Source: Tubulanus polymorphus (Eukaryota > Animalia > Nemertea). Taken from it: a stretch of DNA of 64,000 bases. The first letter of the stretch is position 1. Each line of letters starts with the position of its first letter. Below the pieces are notes generated by a model, which saw only the letters and a list, made by a program, of their open reading frames with translations, ran no database searches and was not told where the DNA came from. Below are positions 27,422-39,800 of this stretch, piece by piece. A program made the translations under genes and the position numbers. The DNA lies in NCBI RefSeq assembly GCF_964204645.1, contig NC_134033.1, forward strand, positions 2,128,131-2,192,130. The letters are read 5' to 3'.

Positions 27422-28472
27422 ATGGATAATGGATAATATACAGTAAAAGCCTTTTATTATGCCACCGTGGGGACCAATAGATTTGGTGATATGAAGAATG
27501 GTGTTTCTGATGAATTTGAGTCATCGACGTAGAATCCATTTTAGAGTCTATGGATTGAGCTAATTTGTTGTCTGAAAAATGTTGGCGTTGAGTGAGCAGA
27601 CGCATTAAAAAGACTTTGACAATCCAGGACTGGTATTTAAAAGGATCGCAACGTTATAACAGACTTAGACTATTGCATTCTTTCGACCTATCCCTGTTCG
27701 GACAGGCCCTGAATTCATGCGGTTACTTTGAGAGAATTTATCAGTCGGAGTCGACTGGAAAATGATTCTTGAGAAAATAGCGAGAAGGCTTCAGTTGTCC
27801 CAAAATGAATTGGATGGAAGGTTACAGTCTGTCAATGAGGATACTATGTTATTCCAGTGGAACCTTGGTATAACAACCTCTGATCTTAAGATTTATCAGT
27901 TATTACAAACATAGGATTTCATCCAAATAGGACAATTTGGATGATCTTATACTGGATATAACTGTTGGTTATAATGGAACAGATTTTCTGGTGCCCTGAT
28001 GTTCATTGCGATAAGGTTCTGCTGTAGTTGGTTTTGTTAGCAATGCAGACTGCAGTGTAGGTGTCCCAACTTGACCTTTCCATACTCAAAACCCTAATAA
28101 CACTAGTAATAACAGTGACCATAGCAGCTGCTGTTACACCCTTTTAACTATTTTGTCAAATTAGACCACAGGGTCCACTTAATTATCAGCACACTTTCTT
28201 ACCTTACAATTCCTGTCTTTGGTAACTGTTAACCAAGCTGTAGTTAGTCTCCTTCCTTCCTCAAGGTCCTTCTTCATGTGGAAATATAATCCTACACAGG
28301 TGTGTCACCTCTAATGTCTAAATCCAAACTGACAATTGAGAGAACATGTTTAACCTGTGTGTAGCAAGTATGAAATGAATGAAAAAACAAAATGGCCGAC
28401 GACATATTTCTGAAAATCTATCATCCCAATTTTATTCTCTCCCTCAAATTACATTCATAACTACAATATTTG

Positions 28473-28503
<31 letters not shown>

Positions 28504-29049
28504 GTAATAATATCTATATTTCAATAACTATTCAAGTTATTAGCAGCTTCAAAATTTATTTCTAGTATAAAAAGATGAGTCAGAAGAAGACAGTTTGTAT
28601 CATACGTGTATGCATCGTGTTCTTAACAAAAAATAAAATAAAATATATGGAAAATTCAGATCGCGTGGAATAACAGAAAATCGTTTTAATCGAACGACTC
28701 CCAGCTCCGCAGTCGACTCCGGAGTCATGTACCGGTATAAATAATCATTCAGGACTCCATAGTCGACTCAAGGAGTTAAAACATTAGCTGATTTTAACTC
28801 AAAAGTCAGATGATTGCTGACTATGGAATCGGGTTCTGGTATCTGAAAATAAACTCAATTCACCTTAACACATATAAACCAAAACAGTAGAACCATGTCC
28901 TAGATATAGCAAGTTAGAAATTGGCTCTAAAAGATGTAAAAGTCAATATTCCTTTGAATTAAAGTTTCCTTTTGAAGTTCAATTCACCTCAAGTTAAATA
29001 TATGACAATAAACTTATTTCGAACAATTTAAAATACAACAAAAGTTTAA

Positions 29050-29268
29050 CTGGATCCAGTTACACAGTTGTGAGTTAAGTCTTAGTTAACTGATTGAAAA
29101 TGAGCTGATTTTAACTCCCGAGTTAACTCTTATTCACAACTTACATGTCACTGGATCCTGGGGCTGGTTTTATAGACTGGTTACCTTTAACCCTGGGGTT
29201 AACTCAATTGATAATGAATTGAGTTAGCCCGCGGGTTAAAGGTAACCAGTCTATAAAACCGGGCCTTG
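29050..29268. mobile_element. Two abutting hairpin MITEs sharing a CTG junction
   Basis: ctg|gatccagt...actggatc|ctg|gggctggttttatagactgg...ccagtctataaaaccgggcc. The second family also occurs at 869-983. Confidence 0.75.
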
Positions 29269-30866
29269 GGTCCAAGCTCTTTATTAAATTCTCTCATACA
29301 ATTATAACTTAATCCCTGGAGAAAATATCATGAGTAAATAAATTACGTGCTGCAAATCTCTAGGGTATGCCTAGTTTTCTGATGTAGCTGCTTCGTACGC
29401 GGGCGCGAGTGTGACCCCAGAGCGCGTCGAGTTCTACCTGAGAGTAGTTTAAAAATACAAATGATAAAATGTTGATTGCGAAGCTAGCTTACGTACTATA
29501 TAAACCGATTTCTTGGATCACAGAGGATAGGGTTGAAGCTCTAACAAGAGGAATAAACACCGCTGGGTCCAGCTACACAGTCGTGCCTACAAATCTAAAA
29601 AAGGTCTTAAGTCTTAAGACTGGTATTATGTTGTTAGATTGGTTATAGAACCAAAGCTTAGACTGGTCTTTAGTGGTTAGATTGGTTAATGGAACCAAAA
29701 TGAGCTTAGACCGGTCTTAAGTTGTTAGATAGGTTATAGAACCAAAATGAGCTTAGACTGGTCTTAAGTTGTTAGATTGGTTAACAGAACCAAAATGAGC
29801 CTAGACTGGTCTTAAGTTGTTAGATTGGTTAATGGAACCAAAATGAAGTTAGACTGATCTTAAGCTTTCAGATTGGCTATAGACCAGAAATGAACTTAGA
29901 CTGGTCTTAAATATAATCCATGACTGCGCAACTGTCCCCTGAAAATGATCAGTAGATAGGCTCGACGTGTTGCCCCTTTTTAAAAGTTTTGAGTAGCTAC
30001 AAGCGGCAAAATGCTGCCTTTGTCGAATTCTGCATATCTGAATTTCAATCGAAACTGCTAAAATTTACACGGTCCAAATATGACGGTAGTGGCTTCATGA
30101 CCAACCGCGTCAATAAAGAGAGGAAAGAGCAAACATTTGAAAAGCTATATAATTTCACAAAAATCTTCATAGAAAAGGGAAGAACACTATATAAATTGAA
30201 AGGTCAAATTTAACAACCAGACCTCACTTCATCTACGAAAGTATTCATGGCAGACGAATGTTTTTGTAGATGACTTCTGCTTCAAACAGCTTAGTAGCAG
30301 ACGCCCGTCTGAAATACTGGATCCAGTTCCACAGTTTGTAAGTTTAGACTTGACTCGGAGTTAACTAATCGAAAATGAACAAATTTTTCTTCAAGAGTTA
30401 ACTCCAGACCAGATCAAAATAGTAGTTTAATTAAAAATGAACGAGAAATCTGAACAAGTATTCTGATTCCTCTCAAAAAGAAGTTACAGCCAGATCGGTA
30501 ACTCAAACTAACAACTGAGGAACTGGATCCTGTTTGAAGCAGGCGTCACTGTAGACGTGAGACTACTATTTGGCATTGGGCGCTAGTTTACCTAAAGGCA
30601 AGAGCAGACGACCATAACTAACGTATACGCATCCTATACACACAGCTATTGGTAGTAAATTATATTTCTAAAAGAGGAATGATTTTTGAAGAGGTACTCT
30701 TTGATATACTTTATATATTCAAAAATTGAAAAAAAAAACAACGCTGCAAATGTTCGTTATTGGACAGAAACGATTTGATAGTTTTTTTTTAAAAATCTTC
30801 GGTCGACACGAACGACCCGAAACCTTCTGCGTCTAAATCTACGCGCGACAACCTCGCGAATCTCGT

Positions 30867-33800
30867 TTAGCCTCTTGAAAGAATCTTGAAGAAATATTCG
30901 ACCTGCGAAAATAAACAAACGAGATTTCGAATTAACTGATTGATCGAGCGTTTAAGTCGATTTCTGGCCTCTCGAAACGAAACGGGGCCCACGGTTTAAA
31001 CCATTTCGGTGCCACAACTAATTTTACCCCGGGGGACTTGATTATCTGAGAAACATGGTCCCCACAGTTGTATGAATTCAAAATTCCCAAGTTTTTCCCA
31101 AGTATTTCATGAGTGATTTTTCAATTTTCCCAAATGGCAATGAACAGATATCCTCATGCTACAATCAAAATTTTAGTGGTGACTGGTTGATAAAGGTGAT
31201 TCTCGAGGGAAGTTGCCGAAAGTAAGTTACCCTTGGCAAATGCAATACATGAAATGTAATGAATTTCCCAAATATTTCCCTGATTTGAGGAAAATTTTTC
31301 AAATTCCCAAATATTCCCAAACCGGGAATTATTATTTAAAAATTCCCAAGTTTCTCCCAATTTCCCAGTTCTGTGGGAACCATGGAGACAATTGATCCCA
31401 GGGCAAACAGTGTCTACTTTATCACTTTACTAAAATCAGACAGCCGCGGTTCAGGATTTCGAATCGTACGCCACCTACCTCTAATAGCGCGTCCTCGGGT
31501 AAATCTGTACAATGAATCGCGTTCTGGATTTTGTCTTTACCGAACAAAGCTCGTAACGTTCGCGGTCTCAAGTGTCGCGCGATCTCCTGAAATATCGAAA
31601 CTGAACGAATAAAATACTTCATTTTCATATCGAAAATTAAGAGGCACAAGTCATAAGCTTGGTCTCTACCGGCCGCTTCTATCAGATTTACAGATTACAA
31701 ACTCTCTACCGGCCGCTTCTATCGGGTTTACAGATTACAAACTCTCTACCGGCCGCTTCTATCGGGTTTACAGATTACAAACTCTCTACCGGCCGCTTCT
31801 ATCGGGTTTACAGATTACAAACTCTCTACCGGCCGCTTCTATCAGGTTTACAGATTACAAACTCTCTACCGGCCACTTCTATCGGGTTTACGGATTACAA
31901 ACTCTCTACCGGCCGCTTCTAACAGGTTTACAGATTACAAACTCTCTACCGGCCACTTCTATCGGGTTTACGGATTACAAACTCTCTACCGGCCGCTTCT
32001 AACAGGTTTACAGATTACAAACTCTCTACCGGCCGCTTCTATCTGGTTTACAGATTATTCTATTCTGGAATAGGTAGAGCGTATTCTGGTCGAAACGTAT
32101 GCACCAGAAGAGAAGATAATAGAGAATAAGTGCTGAATAACAGGCACACTGCTAGAGTACATTTACACCACGGTGCGATGTATCGTTAGTTACTTATATT
32201 TCCCTATGTTTGACAGGTGCTGCCATCTTTCAATAGGGATAAAAACTAATTACTAGTAACATCAATAGCGAAGCCTATCTTTGAATTATGCACCGCAGTG
32301 CGGTGTAGACGCACTGAAACGGTTGACACCATTTTTGAAATTAACAAGTTCGCAAAGTTCAATTCAGCAGCGTCTGCCGCCAAAACGATCGCCCCGCACT
32401 CACCGGATCGGACGGTCCGACGAACTCGCGGAATTTCACCGGCGCGTCCTGCGCTCGTATCTCCATGGCGATGCACGGACCGGTCGTCAATTGTTGCACC
32501 ATGTCGGCGTATTCGGCGACGACGTCCTTGTAAACCTCGAGGAATTCCTCGGCGTTCGCTCGATCGAGGCTGAACATCTCGAGCGCCGAGATCTCGAATC
32601 CGGAATCGATTATCGAACTGATTATTTTACCCGCTACACCTAAAACATCAATCGGTTTAAAAAACAAATGTTTGTAGATTCAGATACAATTTAGGGCCTA
32701 CATCAAGTTTCTTAGAAAAAGGATGGCCGCAAAATGGCCAGGTATAATCTTTAACCCGGGGATTAACTCAATTCATTTTCTATTTGGTTAAACCCCTGGA
32801 TAAAAATAATATCACTTTATAAAACTGGTCCCTAAGTTCCATAGTCATGTGCTAGAATGAGACTAGCATTCTAAGCCTATTATTCAAACTTCCGAGTCAA
32901 ACTCTGGATTAAAATTACTTCATTTTCGATGAATAAACTCTGACATTTTAAGATAATTGAGTCAAAATAGTTAAAATTGGTTCATTTTGAGTTAACTGCT
33001 GCTGCAGAACTAAGTCAAGCATTTCAGGCAGACGTCATCTACAGTTCCTGATGTTATTGATAATCAAAAAACGCCCTCTTGTGTCTTCCAAACTAATTGA
33101 GAATTCTAGCCATCTACTGGTGTCAAGTGCGCCCTCTAGTGTCTATCAAACTGATTAAGAATTCTAACAGTCTGCTAAAGTGTAAAGAGCGCCCTCTAGT
33201 GTCTATCAAACCATCTGCTACAGTATCAAGAGCGCCCACTAGTGTGTTGAATAATTCTTACCGTTTGCTACTGCGTGTGGTTTAATAACGCAGCACGTAC
33301 AATTCGTGAATTGAGCCGTATTTTTACGATTGCTCGGCTGCGAGAAGAAGAACTCGAATTCTCGAATGGCGTCGTCGTTCGTCAGCGATCCGTGGGCCGC
33401 GTTGTGACCTTTATCTACAATTACAAACATAATATATATAACATGGTGAAGCAATGAACACATGTGAAGTGTGGACGATCAGTTTTTGAAAGTATGCTGA
33501 TAAAATGTCTAATGTCTGGTGTTTGTAGTTCATTTTCAATTAAAAATGTCTCAGGTGAAGCACTGAACACATGTGAAGTGTGGACGATCAGTTTTTGAAA
33601 GCGAGCTGATGAAATGTCTAATGTCAGTTGTTTGTAGTTCATTTGCAAAATGGTCCACCAGGCTGCAACTGATTCCTGCGTCAATCTGATGCATTCTCTC
33701 TGAAGACTTACCGGTTCCGAATTCAGCTCGGATGCTCGTCGGTTTCTCCTTGCGAGCCACCGTCGAGTCGGTCGGTCCCAACATATCGCGCCATTTATTG

Positions 33801-36800
33801 ATGGAATCGTGACCCATCAGTCCTAACGCTACGATCGGCGCGCTTGTCATGTAGTGTAACAATTCACTGGAACAATGCAGAAAAAAATAACATTTTTGAA
33901 TAAATCTTTTTTTCATGAAACCCTTTTCGACAGTTTCCTACCCTACGTCACAAAAAAGAACTTAAATAATTGTTTTTGTAAAATTGCATCGCAGTGCGGT
34001 GTATAATGCTCTTACCCTTAGTGCAGTGTATCATTAGTTACTTATATTTCATTGCGTTTGACAGATGCTGCCATCTTTCAAGAGATTAACTAATCAGCAA
34101 TTACATGATACACTGCACCGTGGGGTAAAGCAGTAATGGAGCAGTATACACCACACTGTGGTAAAATTTTCCCAAGTTCTCTAATTGTCGCCAGCATTGC
34201 GTACAGCGATATATGCGATGTAAGTAACTTACTTGAAGAATGGTTTGCTGTTGTGTTCGGCGTAGAACTCTGCGGCCTCCGATCGCGATAGGTGGCACAT
34301 TTTTAATTTCGTCAATAGCAACCCGCTGTCCGCGATCCGATCGAGTATTTGACCCATCTTCGCCGTCGCGTCCGGTTTGATGAGACCCAACGTTCTGAAA
34401 AATTAAACCATGCAGGATTCTTACAGATCACGGAAAATTAGTGAAACCAGGGAATGCTTCGAATTATTAGTGTCTTGTTGTTCGAGTGACGAGTGACACA
34501 AAGAACATCTCGATAAGAAACAGCCCTCACTGAGGATATCTTATAATTTAATCAGGGAATTTGAATTTTTGGTGTCTTGTTGTTCTTGCTGGTGACGAGT
34601 GACACAAGGAACCTCTTGATAAGAAACAGCCCTCACTGAGGATATCTTGTAATTAAATCAGGGAATTTGAATTTTTGGTGTTTTGTTGTTCTTGCTGGTT
34701 ACCAGTGACACAAGAGGAGACCTGAATTCTTTCAACTGTAGCCACTCTCTGTAGCCACCAGGACCTGGGGCCAGTTGCACAGTCGTGACTTAAGTCCAAA
34801 AGTGGTCTTAAATCTTAAGACTGAACTTAAGTCTAAGCCATGACTATGCAACCGGCCTCTGGTTCCTTAGTGAGAGCTTAAGACGACTCAAGACCAATCA
34901 AAGACTATGTTAGTTTTAAAGCAAATCTTACAATTCAAGACCAGTTTGGAGTTTGGACTCGCCTATGGAATTGGCCCGGGAATCCACGAACTCAAGATTG
35001 ACGAAACCACTGCTCAGTTGGAACCACTCAGCCAACTGCTGACGGTAGTATCCAGGGTATCATTGAGGTTTTTTCCTGTTCTACCATCATTGATAAAGTG
35101 AAAACTTACGAATTCGTTTCGAGTTTATTCTGCGTATATTTGTCTCCATAGTCGACTATTTTCAGTTGTCGCGAGTGAACGTTGATAACGCTGTTTATAT
35201 ATAAACTCGCCGGAGACAACGTCTCCGACTTCGAACGCTTCAGGAACAAACGACGATTCTTCAAATCGAACTGAAAACAATGAGACAGAAAAATCTTTAA
35301 TGAATTTTGCGCTGAAAAATTATCGTAAATTTGGATTAAACGTCACGTGACCTAGCTCCACAGTTACGAGTTAAAACCCTTTCAGTGCCGATTAGTTAAT
35401 ACCCGAAAATGCTCGCGATTATTCAAAAATTAAAAAAAAAACCAACCCCAATGTGTTGAATAACGGCATAGAACTTAAAGTGCATCTACATCGCAACTCG
35501 TATTTCACTATGTTTGACAGGTGCTGCCATCTTTTGATGGAGATAAAAACTAATTACAAATTGCACCATGTCGCAGTGTACTAAGTCCATCACTAATCTA
35601 TACACCGCACTGAGGTGTAGAAGCAATGAAAGGGTTAACTGAACTGTGGAATTGGGTCCCGGGGCCAGTTGCTGAAAAGTCGGTTAAAGATAACTGTCAG
35701 ATAAATACAATGAACTTTCAATTGTCACTATGTCAACTATCCACTGGTCAGACTCTAACCAACTTTTCAGCAACTACAGCCCCTGGATTTCAAATCTCCA
35801 AATAAGGATATGTAATACTAACATTATATGCTTCTCTTACCCCCCCCCCCCCAATGCATTTTTTATGAATGGCTTTGCAAAGAATAATTTGGAAGAAATA
35901 TCGAAGTAACAGTTGCAAACAGGTTTCAGAATTGTGAAAAGTGTGTACACTTTTCACAGTTCTGAAACCTGTACTGTTTCAATTGAGAATTCTACTATGG
36001 AATCATTTACGGTTACCCTTTCATTTTGGATTGTTTGCTATTTAAAGAACTTCTGTGTCTCAACAAAAAACTTGTATTCTATTCAAAAGCTTTGAAAGGA
36101 TTTTCTTTCCTATATTAGATCTAGGCCTCTGAATCTCTCAGAACTGGAAATAGTTTATTCATTATCCAGACTGAATATATCATTTTTCATGCCAGACATA
36201 GAGGAGTGGCCCGAATAAAAAATCAACAAAATTATTCAATTCAATTAGAAATTAATGATCTTTCCGCAAAACTAATCTTAAAAACCAGTCTTCATTTTGG
36301 TTCTTCAGCCATTAGAATAGAATCACCACACAGCTGAGCTGACTGATCACCACGCTGACCAGATAGCCAACTGTTCATACCTGACTGATCACTGCACAGC
36401 TCACCTGACTGGTCACTACACTGACCGAACAAACTTACTAACTCAGTGGTCTAGTGGTAGAACGCAGTGGTAGTGGTTTGCAACCTAGAGACCCAGGTTC
36501 AAATCCCGGCCGGGCTAGGTGTGCTGGGTTGAGGGTAGTTACAGCGCTGTTGGCATTTTGAAAAATTGAAAATCTTGATTGATTTTAACCCTTTCAGTGC
36601 GTCTACACCGCAGTGCGGTGTATAAATCAGTGATGGATTTTGCTGGTACACCGCACTGCGGTGTATTGATGTAATCAGTAATTTGTAATTATCTCTATTG
36701 AAAAATGGCAGCAAGTGTCAAACATAGTGAAATACTAGTAACTAACGATACACTGCACTGCGGTGTAGACGCACTATAGTGGTATTCCCATTGTTCAACA

Positions 36801-39800
36801 CACTAGGGTGGAATTTTTTAGAATTTTTAAATTTTCTCCAGCACTATAGGGTATTAATTAGTCAGCACTGAAAGGGTTAACAAGCTTTGATCAGGAAGTA
36901 AATAAATATGTGTCACAGGGCAGTAATCAATAGAGGAATGCTTTTTTTCTTGTTAAATAGATACAGTAAAAATAATAGATACAGTTCGTGTAATAGATGT
37001 AGTTTTATATCTAGCTCAAAAATGATTATAAACGCAATCAATAGTTCATCAATGATAGATTACTAAGAAGATTGCGTGAGTATGTAACAGCTGTAAGAGG
37101 GAGGAGGGGGAGAGTGAGGGGGTGAACCCCCTATAACCAATACTGGTATTATGAGATTTCATGGTGAAACATATGTTCAATCTAATCGACAGCTTGTGTC
37201 GATTCAGTCTGGATTAATGAAAAACTCTCCCCGGAGCGCTGCAGCTTCACGAAATAATTCTAATAACTCTGATTTCTCAGTAATGGCTGATGTAGAATAA
37301 AAATTATATAAGTTTGACTTATTTTGTATTTGTGAATATAGCCAATTTCATTTTGGAGGGCATCAGACCTTTCAACTTTTCAATTTTTTTGACATAATTG
37401 CTGTTTTGTTTCTATTTCATATTTCGATGAGGACAACAATTCAAACTTCACCGCTTTATGTTAAAACGTTTTCGTGAAACTGAAGCTTTTTAACTTCCAT
37501 CGGGCCTAAAGCCCATCGCTGACTGGCAAACACGCTGCGCGACAGGCTTTCAACAGAATCGAAAATCTTTCAAACTTCATCATGCTCTTTTCAAGTCAAA
37601 AGGGAAAATTCATTCATTTCGAGGAAAAAAAAAGATTTTGCGAAATTTAAAACCATGCACAAAAAACAATTCAACACAATTCTTCAACCAAAGCTACAGT
37701 CGAGACTTAAGACCAGAAGACAGTGCCCCATCAGCTGGGGCCGGTGCCCAATCTGCTAGGACCGGTGACCAATCTGAGACTTAGATATCAGTCCGATTCC
37801 ACGTCTGCCAAAACGGATTCAACCAAGTTTGGTTGCAGCGACGGTCTCGTTCAAAACAGTGGTCTTAAATCACGAATGTAGCCCCCGCCTAGATATATAC
37901 GAACAAAAAGCATACGACGCGAGTGCGTTAAACTAAATTATGAACATAATCAGCATTATGTACATAATTTAGTCTCCGAAATATTTATAAGCTTAAAATA
38001 TGATTAAATCCATTGGAGTGAAGAGTTAGTCTCAACTCATGTATACACACATGTTTGTTAGTAGCAGCTGCAGTACCCGCAACCAATTTCAGCGTAGAAT
38101 CACCACCAGAAAATCTTAATTTTTCGAATGGACCTATTTTACGACAAATATTTGTTACACGTAAAGTTGAACAGGCCAAGTAAACCCGACAAACTGCCGT
38201 GTACAGGATTCAGTTCCACAGTTGTGACTCTGAACTCAGGATCCGGTTCAACAGTTGTGAGTTAGAGTTAACTCTGAACCCAGGATCCAGTTCCACAGTT
38301 ATGAGTTAGAGTTAACTCTGAACTCAGGATCCAGTTCCACAGTTGTGTGTTAGAGTTAACTCCCAACTTTATAATTGCATGGATCAGAGTTAAATCCGAA
38401 CTCAGGGTCAGATTTCAAAGTTCTTGAGTTAGATAAAAATTAGCTCATTTTCAATGCGAGATAACTCCCGAGTCAAATCCCAACTATAGAACTGGGTTAT
38501 GAATCCAGTTCCGCAGTTAAAGGTTATTGAAGATGATTTTTTAACTCAGCTTGAATTTCCAACTAAGCGGAGAACTGCAGAACTGGATCCAGCTAAGCTC
38601 GTTCAACCTTCGATGTTGAAAATTCTAATTTCTGCTACACCTGAAATTGGCTGCGTATATAGTTAGTTAGATATCAAACGAAACTGAAAGCAAACCGGCA
38701 TTCACTTTTTGCAGGCTTGGAGGGAAAAAAAAGTTACGCAAGGCACCATCTCTCTGGAGTAGAGCTAGTAATAGAGGGTTACCAGGGCGAGCGGGGTGCC
38801 CCGTGTATGAGAAAATCAAATACAACACCGAAAAGAATGGGGCCCCATAATCACCACAATAACTAGCAGGGGTAAAGTGTGGGGCCCCATAATCACCACA
38901 ATAACTAGCAGGGATAAAGAATGGGGCCCCACAATCACCACAATAACTAGCAGGGATAAAGTGTGGGGGCCCCACAATCACCACAATAACTAGCAGGGAT
39001 AAAGTGTGGGCCCGACAATCACCACAATAACTAGCAGGGATAAAGTGTGGGCCCGACAATCACCACAATAACTAGCAGGGATAAAGTGTGGGCCCGACAA
39101 TCACCACAATAACTAGCAGGGATAAAGTGTGGGCCCGACAATCACCACAATAACTAGCAGGGATAAAGTTTGGGGACCCCACAATCACCACAATAACTAG
39201 CAGGGATAAAGTCTGGGGCCCCACAATCACCACAATAACTAGCAGGGATAAAGTGTGGGCCCCATAATCACCACTAACTAGCAGGGATAAAGTGTGGGGC
39301 CCCACAATCACCACAATAACTAGCAGGGATAAAGTCTGGGGCCCCCGCAATCACCACAATAACTAGCAGGAACACCATGTTCAGGAACACCATGACACGT
39401 AGCAATGCAAAGACGAGGGCACCCCACGATGATAAACGTATTAAAATATAGGCTAAATAAGTAGATATATATATAAATAAAGTGTTGTTACGAATAAACT
39501 GAAGCATGTTCGAAACAGCGACAGTTTGTCGTCTGCCGTCCATTTATAAATACACCAGTCACATCCATTTCATCATTAGAGGAGACCCATTCATTCAATA
39601 ATCAATATGGGCGTTGTCTGGACGAACCAGTAGCAGACGCCGGGATGGAAACGCGACCAACCCCCAGGGGGCGGGGCAACGGACCCGCCAATCATTTTAC
39701 TAGCACTAAAATCTCCCTACATGCAGAAATAAAAGTTACTTTTTTTAAAACCAATGATTACTGTAAGAGGCCTGTTGCATAGACAGTCTAAACACCTTTA

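Noticed and set aside
27000-30860. Additional gene between BAP18 and NME7
   Set aside because: Only UTR-like AT-rich sequence, MITEs and an (AAT)n tract; no coherent exon chain.
36440-36520. Functional tRNA gene
   Set aside because: A and B boxes are present but there is no proper cloverleaf and there is a duplicated segment; treated as SINE/pseudogene.
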